Assembly (NCBI RefSeq): GCF_001194135.2
Contig: NC_068991.1
Span: forward strand, 8,359,885 to 8,423,884
Reading direction: 5' to 3'
Origin: Octopus bimaculoides
Taxonomy: Eukaryota
Length of the DNA stretch: 64,000 nt
Shown here piece by piece: positions 25,571 to 38,349 of this stretch; position 1 is the first letter of the stretch, and every line of letters begins with the position of its first letter. The position numbers and the translations under genes are program-made. The notes beneath the pieces were generated by a model. It saw only the letters and a list, made by a program, of their open reading frames with translations, was not told the origin of the DNA and ran no database searches.

Positions 25571-25963
25571 TGTTGTTGTTGTTGGCACTCCGTCGCTTAC
25601 GACGTCGAGGGTTCCAGTTGATCCGATCAACGGAACAGCCTGCTCGTGAAATTAACGTGCAAGTGGCTGAGCACTCCACGGACACGTGTACCCGTAACTT
25701 AGTTCTCAGGGATATTCAGCGTGACACAGTGTGACAAGGCTGACCCTTTTGAATTACAGGCACAACAGAAACAGGAAGTAAGAGTGAGAGAAAGTTGTGG
25801 TGAAAGAGTACAGCAGGGTTTGCCACCATCCCCTGCCGGAGCCTCGTGGAGCTTTTAGGTGTTTTCACTCAATAAACACTCACAACGCCCGGTCTGGGAA
25901 TCGAAACCGTGATCCTATGACTGCGAGTCCGCTGCCCTAACCACTGGGCCATTACGCCTCCAC
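25571..25963 (-). mobile_element. Full-length, apparently young tRNA-derived SINE
   Basis: Head with A box TGGCCCAGTGG and B box GGTTTCGATTCC, CpG-rich body, (AAC)n tail. Confidence 0.85.
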
Positions 25964-26083
25964 TCTGAGGAGTAAGCAGAACATTAATATGTCACTACTT
26001 AGATAACTGAAAACACACATACACAACAGTCAGATATATAGCTAAAAATTATAATAAACTTATAAACCTAAATTTAAACATAC

Positions 26084-26136
26084 CCATTTCTTTCAAACTT
26101 TTTGAATGGCATCAACATAGACAGAGGGTCTTCCAG
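26084..26136 (-). CDS. NAA40: NAA40 exon 4
   Basis: ttgcag| ... GG|gtatgt, 53 bp; LEDPLSMLMPFKKFERNG. Confidence 0.93.
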
Positions 26137-26693
26137 CTGCAATATTAGAGATGAATAAGAAAGAAAAATTAGAAAAGTTTTAATTTTAAAACATGACCTC
26201 AGATCAAATTTCTTGCTAAACTTCACCATTTCATATCCACTTTTCCATGCTTGCATGGATCAGGTAATTTATTCAGGCAGATTTTTTACAGCCAGATGTC
26301 CTTCCTGTTGTCAATCTTCACCTGTTTCCAAGCAAGGTAATATTTTCCTATGGCTAGATATGTTTTTCATGGAAGACTGGAAATGAGCGACTTTGCTTGT
26401 ATGGTGGTGGTACTCATTTACAACTATCACATGATATCTAGAGTACATACAAACACATACACAATGGACTTCCTTCAGTTTCCATCTATCATATTCCCCC
26501 ACAAGGCTTTAGTTGGCCTGGGGCTACTGAAGAAGGCACTCAACCAAGTTGCAACACAGTAGAATCGAAACCAAGAACACATGGCCGGGAAGCAAGTGTA
26601 TTAGTCACAGAGCCATGCATTTTATTGCAACAGACACAGTAAAAGAATAACTTAATTCTGAAAATTGCTAGTGCAACAAATTTAATAACATAC

Positions 26694-26744
26694 CTTATTA
26701 GCAGCTTCAACTTTCGCAATTGACGCTTTTAAACGAGAAATTTC
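26694..26744 (-). CDS. NAA40: NAA40 exon 3
   Basis: tttttag| ... AAG|gtatgt, 51 bp; EISRLKASIAKVEAANK. Confidence 0.92.
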
Positions 26745-27700
26745 CTAAAAATATCAAAAAAGAAAAAAAAAAAAGTCAATTCCTAAGTTTACAAACCAAA
26801 ACCTTGCTGTCTTATTTTCACCACTATCATTGTCATTAGACTAGAAAATTATGCGAGGGGTGCTGAACAAGTTTTCAGCCCAACTTGTATTTATAACTGC
26901 AGCATTCATGCCTTACACACACACACATTCACAAGCTAGAAGCTGCTACACATACACTGACATTTCCCTGATCTAATTGATGGTATTTAGCTCCCAACCA
27001 GCCATAACTGAACAAGCTGATGATCAAATGCATTTCTGCTGTGATCATTGCATCAGTTTAAAGATATAGTGTAGTTTGAGGTACATTTAAGCTATTATTT
27101 CTCACAGACTGAACAATCATGTAGTGGCTTCCTTGTTGGTTTGTATTAATAATCAGTTGTAGCCATTTCTCTTCAGAATATTACAAACAAGCAGGATCCA
27201 TGGAAATACTATGGTGTAAGCCAGCATATTTGAAAATCTACTTCCCCTTCATCCAAGATTATGTGTATGTCTATTTTCATAATACCGATAAACATTTAAA
27301 CCTAGTAAAAAAAACAGAAAAAGGATTACTGATAGTACCCCACCATATCCTATCCACAGCCTTTGGTCTGGAACATGTAAAAGATAAAAGTGTAACAATC
27401 ACAGCTATTTACTAAGGTTATTTCACTTTAACTCATTAGTGTTTAAACGGATCATATCCAGCCAAAATAGTCTACCTGTTTTCTGTTCAAACTGGCCAGG
27501 TGTGGCCTCTCTCACCTATCCAGCAATGTCATTCTTAAAATAGACACCCACATCATTGATATCCCAAAGCTACAAGGTAATAAATGATTAATTCAAAACA
27601 ATGTGAATAAACAAGCAATACATTTGGCAGAGTAATTTGAATGCTCAAGGATTAAGATAACTGTTTACTGATATATCTTTTAATGCATAAATTTATAGAT

Positions 27701-28003
27701 CAGGGGTTCTCAACCAGGGTCCATATAAGATTTTTGAAGATCCACAATAGTATGTTAAGGGCCTCTGAAAAAATTTTGCTCTAGATATATGTATTGGCGT
27801 GTATTGCAAGAAACATCTAGGTTCCTTTCTCTAACATTTTACAAAGTTCAACCAACACAAGTTAATGGGTGAAAAACGAAATAAGAAGAAAAAAGTCTCT
27901 ACAAAACTAGTTTTTAAACATCAAATGGCTAGGGGGGGGGGGTCCACCAGAATAAAATAGTAGTCAAAAGTGTCTATCAATAGAAAATGGTTGAGAACTC
28001 CTG
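27701..28003. mobile_element. hAT-type MITE
   Basis: TIRs CAGGGGTTCTCAACCA / TGGTTGAGAACTCCTG (15/16); perfect 8-bp TSD TTATAGAT. Degenerate relatives at ~21483-21727 and ~9131-9446. Confidence 0.9.
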
Positions 28004-28490
28004 TTATAGATCTTCACGATATTGTTTGATTATGTTAAAATCAAAAATCAAATCACAATAAAAAATGGAAATTGTAGTCGTGGCTGATGCCAGTGCCGCC
28101 TGACTGGCACCCGTGCTGGTGGCACGCAATAAGCACCATTCATGTGTGGGTCGTTGCCAGTGCTGCCTGACTGGCTCCCTGTGCCAATAGCACATAAAAA
28201 GCACCATCTGAATATGGCCGATGCCAGTGCTGGTAACGATCATGCTCAAAAGGTGCTATTATGTGCCACCAGCTACTCTGACAATGATCACACTCGAATG
28301 GTGCTCTTAGTGCTCCACTGCTACAGGTGCCATCACGATTTCGCGATATAAACAAAAACACAAAAAACTGGGGGAGGGGGGGGGGCTGTTAAATTTGTGA
28401 ATTTCAATAGCATATGGAGAAAGAAAGAAACAAACGCTTAATAAACAAAACAGCTTTTTCAGTAATGGCGTTGGCACCATGCTTCCATAC

Positions 28491-28535
28491 CTGCAGTTTC
28501 TTTTGTCTTTTTTCTTTTGATTTAGCAGTTCTTCT
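28491..28535 (-). CDS. NAA40: NAA40 exon 2
   Basis: gtttcag| ... CAG|gtatgg, 45 bp; RRTAKSKEKRQKKLQ (human RKSSKAKEKKQKRLE). Confidence 0.92.
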
Positions 28536-31500
28536 CTGAAACAAGAAAAAAAAAAAAAACATCAACCTGTGTTTAGGATATTCTTGGAATACAGCAATCA
28601 TTAGCTGTGCAGTAAGAAGCTTGCTTCCCAACCACATGGCTCCGGGTTCAGTCCCACTGCGTGGCACCTTGGGCAGATGTCTTCTACTATAGTGCAAGGC
28701 CAATGAAAGCTTTGAGTAGATTTAGTAGATGGAAACTGAAAGAAGCCTGTTGTGTGTGTGAGTGTGTTGTCATAGTGTATGTGTCTCCCCTCCCACCATT
28801 TGACAACCAGTGTTGGTTTGTTTATGTCTCTGTACTCCTTCAAGGTGGTGCTCCAGCATGGCTGCACTCCAATAAGTGAAACAGGTAGAAGACTGAAGAT
28901 GTCAAAATGCAATTCTATGTGGAGAATTACCTTGGAAATCTTTCGAGAAAGTATAAACAATAACGTGTCTTGAATGGCACAACAATGCTTTCCTTGCTGG
29001 CATGGGTTGGACGGTTTGAGTGAGGGCTGGCAAGCCAGAAGGCTGCACCAGGCTTCAATCCGATCTGGCAAGGTACTTCTACAGCTGGATGCCTTTCCTA
29101 ATGCCAACCACTCCAAGAGTGTAGTGGGTGCTTTTTACATGCCACCGAGTCCCAACCTCATGGTTTCAGGTTCAGTCCCAATGCATGGCACCTGGAGCAA
29201 GTGTCTTCTATTTGCTTAATCAAAACCTTGCGAATTGATTTGGTGCATGGAAACTGAAACTCTCTGTGTTATATATGCATGTATGTATAAATGTTGAGTG
29301 TCTACTTGTTTTTGACATTGTGTAGTAGTTGTAAATGAGCATCACTGTCATACAAGCAGTGTTGTCCATTTCCAATATTCGGCAAAAGCTTGCCTAGTCA
29401 TGGGGAAATAACACCTTATTTGCAACCAGGTGAGGGTTGGCAACAGGAAGGGCATCGACCCGTAGAAAATCTGCCTCAATAATTCCGTCCAACCCATGCA
29501 AGTTTAAAAAGTGGACGTTAAACGACGACGACGACATGACATGAAGTTCTCGTTTTCCTGGCAACTAATAGGAGACAACTCTAGACTTTGAACTGAATAA
29601 GTTGATTTCAGCAATGGTACTGCAAACAAATTGCAAATAGAAATGTACAGCAAACTACTGCACACACCCAAACATCAATAGACCCCTTAAATCCAACTTC
29701 GAGAGTACCTGACAACTTTCTCAAATTTATTCCAAATGACTCAACTGCTGTCCACCAAATGAGTGCACATGAACCAAAGAAGGACCGTCTATGTGATCGT
29801 TCGACATGCTAGAAATAGCAGCCAAATCTTCCTAAAAGCCTACCGTCTTATAAAAAGATTATATTGGGTAATGTCATCCTAGATACACAACGTCTATATA
29901 AAAGACAAGTAGGTCATATTTGGAACGTCTTTATCTCTGTATAAAACTGAAGTCATTCTTGGAACGCCTCTGTTTGAACAGAAGATGGGATAGTCATTGT
30001 TGGAACACCATCAGAGGACTTTAGAAATAATGCATTTCTAAATCTCTCAGAGAGATTTGTGCAGTAGTGATACGATGAAGTAGTTGTATGCTGTCAACTT
30101 AATGTGACAGTCCCCTGAAGGGAATACTACTACTGCTGGTTAGACCTGGGAAGTTGCACCGCTTCCTGTCGGCCTTGACGCATTTCCTGTGTCCCCTTGT
30201 AAACATAAGGACATATAAAAACACGTGCAGTCACCTACAGACTGAGCTTCCAAATCCTGTTTCCTGACTGGGTGAAAATGATCAAACTTTAAACCTCTAT
30301 AACTTTTTAAAAACATTGTTCTACAAAAAGTGAAATTCAGCTTGAAAAAGTATATTAATGTGCCAAATTTTAAAATTCTCCATAAACTTTAATTTTTGAA
30401 ATGCTGGCAACCAAACTAACTAGATCCAGGTCTTGAGATTCAGCCTGAAAAATTACATCAATACACCGAATTTGAAAATTTTCACTTGGCCGCTATTTGC
30501 TTGTACTGGTCGCATCCAGAACTCGGATGTTCTCGGACCCCGCATTGCCGATTTCCTCCGTAAAATTGGGATAACAGCAGCTCGTCTGAGAAATGAGCTC
30601 TGCAAGGTGGGGGAAGCTGTTGCAGCTAAAGACACCGGCCATTTCCGCGGCAGTGCCTTTGCTATTTATGTCGACGACGCGCGGCTGAAGGTACCATTCA
30701 GACTGGGATGCACAGCCTGTTACTCTCTCCCCCCACTTTCTTTCGTTGTTTAATGCTCATCCTTTTTTATTTGTATTTTTGTTTCCTTGTTGAAGTAATT
30801 CTGTGATTGCTGTTTCGGTGGTTGATTTCTGATTTCATATTTTCCTAAAATGAGAACATTCAACAAAAGACAAGAGAGAGAGAGAGAGAAACCCTTCGTG
30901 ACTCCACGCAGTCTACGTCGTTGGCACTACGACAATAAAACATACGCGGACAACCTGGTTTAATATTCGACGACTCAGATAACCTATTTGGATAACGCAA
31001 GATGAACAACTCAGTATTGCAACGAGGTATATAGCATGATTGTTAGCTTACTTGAGCTTGAAGCGTTACGGTCAAAATCTCTCGCGGACGAAGCCTACGA
31101 ATGATTGACAACATATCTCAATGAAAAATTGTTTCAATCACTTGAACAACTGAGTGGCACAGCTCCCAGGTCTGAAGGATTCTTCCCAAAATGTTGATAT
31201 TCTCCAACTTTCGTTGGGGAATTTTCTGTACTATTTGTCAAAGTGCCAACGTCGATCTTCATTCGTTTCCTTGGTTTCTACTGTTTCACGTCATAATGAA
31301 TGGTCCAAGTTAATTTTCAAAGCCTGCCGATACTTCTTCAGTTTAAACGCAACGCGACAGCGAAAACATTTCAAAATCATTGTCCAACCTAAGTTTATTA
31401 CACGTGATTTTGATTATGCTATTCCGGCTGTATAAATATTTGAAGTGGCAGAAAAGCCACCAAGAACAGTGCAGAGGCTGCTGAAAAAGCATCTAGATGG

Positions 31501-32142
31501 CTGCAGCCGAAAAGTAGTGATCGGTGGGGTCAGCAGAAGGCCGTTTGGACACGAACCAAAGCTTGTTCAACCTAAGCCATGTTGTAAGACCAGAAACAAC
31601 CACTGAGTCCGAAGTACATTGACAATGAACCTACGTATTGCATCTGCAGATGTTTGTGGAACTATTTGAGATAAGATGTACAAACCCCAAGAATAATGAC
31701 ATTGACGAATCGTAATCAATCACAACATTTCTACATTTGGCATATTTTGCAGAGAAATAAATTTATAGAGCCAATATAAAAAAAATGTCCCAAAATTTAC
31801 TATATTATTGTCAACATTGGCGCGCGAAAGTTACATTTCGAAACATTAGTGACAGGATTTCAGCATGTAACATTTAAAAGTATTTGCATAATATATTGGA
31901 AATCTTATCAATGAAATAACACACTATAAAGGAAAACTTTTTCTAACAATGAAATAATCCAATGTAAATTTTTCTTGTAGCAATGCCAAACACCATGTGT
32001 ACGTCAAGTAATGAAACAAAGTAACTATCAGCTACAAATATTGTAAAATAAAGGATTATAAAACGGAATATTAAAAATTTATATCCAAATTTAGATGAAT
32101 CTCTAGAATTAATCTAATAAAAATTACAACTGTAATACTCAC

Positions 32143-32148
32143 CCCCAT
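32143..32148 (-). CDS. NAA40: NAA40 exon 1 coding part (Met-Gly)
   Basis: aacaaacATG GGG|gtgagt gives MG, phase 0, completing MGRRTAKS... Total CDS 693 nt = 230 aa + stop. Confidence 0.88.
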
Positions 32149-32173
32149 GTTTGTTAGTTAATGGCTTGCACCG

Positions 32174-32182
32174 TTTCCCGCC
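32174..32182. promoter_or_regulatory. E2F consensus site near the NAA40 start
   Basis: TTTCCCGCC matches TTTSSCGC. A second bipartite site, TTGGCGCGCGAAA, lies at 31817-31829. Confidence 0.4.
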
Positions 32183-33999
32183 TTTTTCCTTTATTGTTTA
32201 TATCTTCTATTGAGTTACCTCCCTTAAACAGCTGACTTGTTCCTGATTGATCTTTCCTTCAGCTGTTAAATTAGGGTTTAAATTAGTCAATGTCGGTGGA
32301 GCTATTGATAAGTAGGAAATAAAAGCGTTTTTCGATTACATATTAAGTATAATACTTTTATTATTCAATCTTTTCCCTTTTTATGTCTCTAAACAGGGAG
32401 TCTCCAACAGATATAGTTCAATTTTATTTTTTTAATAAAAACGGTTTACCATTTCTGAAATGAGTGTGAAAAACCAAACCAATATCTACATGGAGATTTA
32501 TCTAAATCGGACCACATCATTTCATCCTGTCACTATTTTTTTAATGGCTTCATTTAATTACAAAATTCGAAGGCATGATTAAACATTTTAGGAATTTACT
32601 TTCACCAGCTTACAATAAAGAGCAAAAAATATTCAAGGCAGTAATGAAATGCCTTACAGAACGGAATCATTAAATCGAGAAAAAAAAATTGTTTTATTTT
32701 CTGCATGCCCATTCTTAAAGTCCTCCTAAATATTGGATATTCTTGCGATAAAGTTCCAATTCACATCGTTGTTGTAGTCTTTTGATACTAACAGTAATGT
32801 GAAAAACATGAACATTGCACATCCCCCAGAATAATGTTACTATACCTATGTAAAATAAAGTGGAAAGTCTTTAAAAATTATAGTTGGTGAATTAAAATAT
32901 CTGAATGAATGTGAAGTTTTAAGAATAAGGTTGACATTCAAGAAATAGCAGTCAAATACCTTTCAAACTACATCATACAACCGTAGGATAATAATGGCTC
33001 TAGATAGTTTATGTCCGAATAAAGATGCAATAGTCATTGATGGAATACAGTGGAATAGCAAAGGTTTTCAGTGTCCAGGGGTAAAGACTCTTTTGGAGCC
33101 ACTATCTTAACAGGCATGAGAAGCCAGAGGATATTTTAAGAACGAAGACGACTGTTCAAACCCCGCCTATATCTGAGGTGGACTTTATTCAAAAGTTTGA
33201 TTCATGAGTACTGAACAACAACGGTAACAAATATTGTATGTTGTAAGGATCAATTACTATTTTTGCGACCGAGTTTTAATTTTCGGGTGGAACTTTGAGA
33301 TATTAATCTCACCAATATCTACAGTAGGCGAATCGCCTTAAAAATATTTCGAATACATCTTGGACATTGCACATACCACTTTCCTTCACATGTCACTTAT
33401 AGTGTGTTGATTCTTCCGAGAAAGCATTCTTGGTGAAACTTGCCTCCGCTTTTCTTCCCCACTGTTTTTATAATCTAAACTGAATATTATCTATATTAAT
33501 TCACCTCTCACGATCCTCCTATTCTTATAAAGAAAAGTTGTGAACATCATCTCATCTACACTGCCTCTACTTCCTTAAATCTGTTCAAGTAATCAATTAA
33601 AAAAACAGAAACAATTTTTTTTAAATGTAGAAAAAAATTATTAACCCATGAATGAAACTCATTGAATACTGCCTTGTCCATTGTACCAATGTTCAAATAT
33701 AGTCTTCTGCTTCTCCTAACTTGCGTTGTCACCCACATCTCCCAAACTACTGTGCCACGTTTTTCAGAACCTTGAGAATTTCTGAATTCTTTTTCTTTAG
33801 ATTTGCATTATTCTGAAACTGTACATATATCTGTTACTTTCTAGATATTTACAATAGATAATTTCTATATAATAATTCGAATTAAACTTAATCACAACCT
33901 TATATACTTATCTTAATTCTCCTGAATGTCAGATTATCAATTAAGTAGTAATTATTTTCGTTGAACACCGCTTGATTTTCATACGTAAACAAGATAAAA

Positions 34000-34095
34000 A
34001 TGAAGAATGAGAAACATGTTTTATGGTTTATTTTAATTTGCGGTTGGCTTTTATGTTCATTAAAAGCCTCCAAAAGCAAAAAGAAAGAAATTATG
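34000..34095 (+). CDS. Secreted alpha/beta-hydrolase-domain protein, exon 1 (signal peptide)
   Basis: aaaaATG ... ATG|gttagt; MKNEKHVLWFILICGWLLCSLKASKSKKKEIM has a basic n-region, hydrophobic h-region and small-residue cleavage region. Confidence 0.8.
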
Positions 34096-36033
34096 GTTAG
34101 TACTTTACTCGGTAATTTTCAACGAAATCAAATAATATCTATTTCAGTGTTAAACATATTTCAATGATTCAGTGTTGTCTCATTCATCGTGATTTTGGAG
34201 ATGGCGCACCATAGCAGACAGCTAGAAACGACCTTTTATACCATTTATTTCGTTCGGTGCTTCTCACTTTTGAATTACAATTTTCTTAGTTTTAATCTAT
34301 GCATTCTTTCACGCTAGTTTCTTTAAAACAATGTTTCAGAATCCTACTGAATCGCGATAATAAACTGTGTTCCTCTTTTCGTAATCAAACACGGACGCTA
34401 TACCAAAGAAACCTGTCCAATGTTTTCGAAATTTGTTTTTAACTAAAATCATAAAACGAACAGTTCCTTCTATTTTATTTCTTATTTTATACTACAAAAC
34501 ATTTACTCTGATTACCCATTGTTTTTATTATTTGTATTTTTTTTTCTTTTACTATTTTAGTGGGGTCAACCGGTATTTTGGGGGAGTGAAATATTTACCT
34601 AGAATATCTCTAAATTTCTTTATTTATCTATTATATTTGTTCCCATACTGATTTAGATAAATTTTATACTTGATTAATATTTCATATTCGAAGATTTTAT
34701 ACATCTTCAATTCTATTGCAGTTTAACTCCATTCTGGCAAATTTACTTTTTCATGTTCCTAAAGAAAACTTGTAGTTCTTTTCTTTATAGAAAACAACTG
34801 ATTTTGGAGGAAAAGATTTGTATATTTTAAACAAGAACTATATGAAGTTAATCTTTTCACCATGGGAATTGTGTCAACAGTTTTAATCTTCGCAGGTTCT
34901 TCTCGTGTTGAGAATGAAAAGTGAATCAGCTCCTTTCAACAATATAGGCTACGATATACATCGAATGAACGTTGATAGAAAATTATTGCAAACTCTGGAT
35001 TTAACAGTGGAAGCTAAAATTCTTCCATAGGTTTGCATGTTTATTATTGACTACAAAACTGTCCAAATTAATAAGGCACACCGTCTTTCTCGTGTGTGCA
35101 TGAGACTAAATTTGTTTTTTTTAATTAACATATGGCGTTCATACTCAACTTGGTATCTCTGATATATATTGGGGTTTTTGTTTGATTGAGAATGACCGCA
35201 GAGTCCATTTTGCTATGGATTTGGTGTATGGCAGAATGAAACGTCTCTACTTTCTGTTGGTTTCGTCTAGTTCTTCCTGAAAGAATTGATTCAAATGCCT
35301 TTGCGATCGTACGTTTTTTTCAAACTGGAACAAACGTGTCTTAGACAATTGTGTTAAAACTGTATTTAAAATATCTCTTATCGATGGTACTTGTCTGAAA
35401 AGGTAGGGGCGATAGAACTGAAGGCCTTAATGATTGAAGACAGGTTTTTTAAAAGAGATTTATGATTGCTTGGTTTGAGGTTTCTTGAAGGTTTTTTTTC
35501 CCCATTTAATTACATTCCTATTATGTCCCTTTTTCCATTGCCACATCTAGGCTCAATACAGTGTTTATTCATTTTTTATTTCTTAGTCCAATCCACGCCA
35601 GCCTGGAAAACAGATATTAAATGATGATGATAATTCCAAAGAATTATAATACCTAGGTTAAAATAAATAATGCTTTGTTTTAGTTGTTACAAATCATTTG
35701 GGGGTTTGGGGAGTTGTACCTGTCTTGCAAGTGACTTCATCTGAAACAATGTGTTGGAACTGAAGCACCTACATCATGAAAGAGCTATTCTAGCCATTTA
35801 ATAACACACTAAGCTGTTAAATTTAGTTCCTGAAGTGTTAGAATTTTCATTGCACAACTCTGACGTAGTTCCATGAAATTGCAGTTATAAGTCGTAAGAC
35901 AAATTTGTGAGGGCAATGATTTTTTTTTTTTTAATTTTGGTATAAAAAAAAAAGAGGTTTTAGTTATTACAGAATCATGGTTAAGTTTTCATTCTAATCA
36001 GTTTTGTTGATTTTATTTTATTTTTTTTTCCAG

Positions 36034-36150
36034 AAATTATTTGACTTTATTGAAAATGAAAAGAATTCAATTTCAAAACAAAAGGCTAGTTGCTCTCTCA
36101 ACTCACCAAGCTTGAAGTCAGTAGCGCACCTAAGACTCCTGGAACCACAG
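36034..36150 (+). CDS. Secreted hydrolase exon 2
   Basis: ttttttttccag| ... CAG|gtatgt, 117 bp, phase 0-0; KLFDFIENEKNSISKQKASCSLNSPSLKSVAHLRLLEPQ. Confidence 0.82.
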
Positions 36151-36656
36151 GTATGTTTTTTTTGTGTTTTATTTTTGTTAACAAAACTATTAACTGGATT
36201 TATGTCATAGAAATTAAGAAACGTCAAGACATGAAATAAATCATTTTTAACAGGTTAACTTGAAGTAGATAAATAAAAAACAGCATTTAGAATATTGGGT
36301 TAAAAAAAATTCATACACACTATTATTTGTAGTTTAATCTACATCAAGTTACACCATTAAAACGATTTATCAATTGGATTATTTTGAAAGATTAAATGGA
36401 TAGATTGTATTTTGTTTGATTAAAATTTATGAATATGATATTCCATTTTTAAAGAGAAAAAAAAAAGGAAAGAAATATATAGACCGTAGAACTATTTTAT
36501 TTGAATACTGTTTGAATATTGTTTCATATCTCATTCTGTCACATCAATTCTTGTTACATGAATTTGTTTTATATAGTTCTAATCCAGGAATAAAAGCCAA
36601 TACTTTCAGCATTGGTAACATCTAAACTTTTTGTTTCTTTTTGATTATCTCTTCAG

Positions 36657-37891
36657 AATGAAAATACTTTCCTTTGTTATTTAAAGTTCTTGGAAAATAA
36701 TCCTAATGATGGTTTCGTCTGGTCTGCTTTGGGCCATCTTTATTTACAAAAACCACAACCCCAGACCACACAAGCAAACTTTTGTTTTAAACAAGCTGTA
36801 AAACAATCTACTAAAAATAGTCTCTCTGTCAATGAATGGTATTATATCGGTCCTTTTGTCATTGGGAAAATGGAACTGGACGGAGATCCTTTGGCTGCCT
36901 ATGGTGGCATCCGTAATGTTTCATTATATCGTTTGAAAAAAAATATTAAATATTTTTCTGAAATTGTTCCTAATGGGGAAGTCAAATGGAAAGTTTATCG
37001 ACATTTAGGAGAATCCTTGATCCGAATTTCTCCTGAATTAGAATGGAATGATTTGGTTGGATCTCTTGGTTCTATGGGTATCACTGAATGGCAAGGTTGG
37101 ATTATTGGTGAGTTTGCTATCAACGAAAAAGAACAAACAGTTATTATTCAATGCCATGGACTTACTACTGCCTATGTAGATAAAATTCCAATTGTCGGAG
37201 ATGTCTATCATCGAGATCAGCTTATGTTCAGCATTACCCTCACACGCGGAATCCATACACTTTATGCAAAATTACGTGCTAAAGTAAACGCAAATTTTAA
37301 ATGTGTTTTCAAGACAGTTAGTACAAGTTTTGATATACTTTCTCCAACAATGGTACCTGATCTAGTCGATGGTTATTTGTTCAGTCAATATCTAAGTATT
37401 CCTGTGATTAATTTCCTGGGCAACAAATGGTTAAAGAATATTGGAGTTTCTCTCAAGAGTCAATCTTACGGTCAGCCAATTACTTTGGAATTGGTTGATA
37501 AACGGAATATAGCTCCTGGTCAAATTCTTGGACTAATCATTTCCATCACTTCTCCTCATAATCGTCTCACAAATGGCTGTTATTCAACAGGGATCGATTT
37601 GGTTCTGGAAATTTCTACATCAGAAGGTAGCATGGAATCTGCACCAATAAATCTTCGGTGTCGAAAACTTAATCAGTCTTTTCTATTTTCGTTCATTGAT
37701 CATGATGGTTCTGTCCAACAAGGAGCTGCTATCGCACCGATTTCTAAATGTGTCTCAAAGCTTTGCCCGGTCCTTCTCACTCTTCATGGAACTTCTGTAC
37801 CAGCACAAAACCAGGCAGACAGTTACAAAAGAATGGTTGGAAAAGATTTTGAATTTGGATTTGACACAATCTGGCTTTTGGCACCAACAAG
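36657..37891 (+). CDS. Secreted hydrolase exon 3 (TPR-like motif, beta-rich region, start of hydrolase domain)
   Basis: ctcttcag| ... AG|gtaaat, 1235 bp, open frame containing the 401-aa ORF. TPR-like FLCYLKFLENNPNDGFVWSALGHLYL...ANFCFKQAV; oxyanion-type LLTLHG. Confidence 0.92.
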
Positions 37892-38301
37892 GTAAATATA
37901 TTATTTGGATGTAACTCTTCACAAAGGTAAAAAAAACACACTAAGAGCACAATAAAACATATAATAAAGTACAGATCTTATATTGCACTGACAGTTCAAT
38001 ATACCAAGTCAGATGGTATTTCATTATGTGTTGTATTGTACTCTTCTTGTTATGTATTATTATTATTATTATTATTATTATTACTGGAAGGCAGCGAGCT
38101 GGCAGAATCATTAGCACGCTGGACAAAATGCTTAGTGATATTTTGCCCATCGCTTCGTTCTGAGATCAAATTTGGCCGAGGTTGACTTTGCCTTTCATCC
38201 TTTCAGAGTTGATAAATTAAGTACCAGTTGTGTACTGGGGTCGATGTAATGGACTACCCCCTCCCCCAAATTTCAGGCCTTGTGCCTATAGTAGATAGGA
38301 C

Positions 38302-38349
<48 letters not shown>

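Noticed and set aside
25890-25963. tRNA-like A/B boxes
   Set aside because: Head of a SINE continuing into body and (AAC)n tail; not a tRNA gene. No true tRNA or rRNA seen in the window.
30560-30710. GTCTGAGA ... TTCAGAC pairing reminiscent of RNase P RNA helix P4
   Set aside because: Lacks the GGAA of CR-I, and the ~110-nt spacing is too short for a metazoan RNase P RNA; an Infernal search would settle it.
32994-33110. 38-codon ORF MALDSLCPNKDAIVIDG... in the bidirectional promoter region
   Set aside because: Short, with no splice or homology support; expected by chance.
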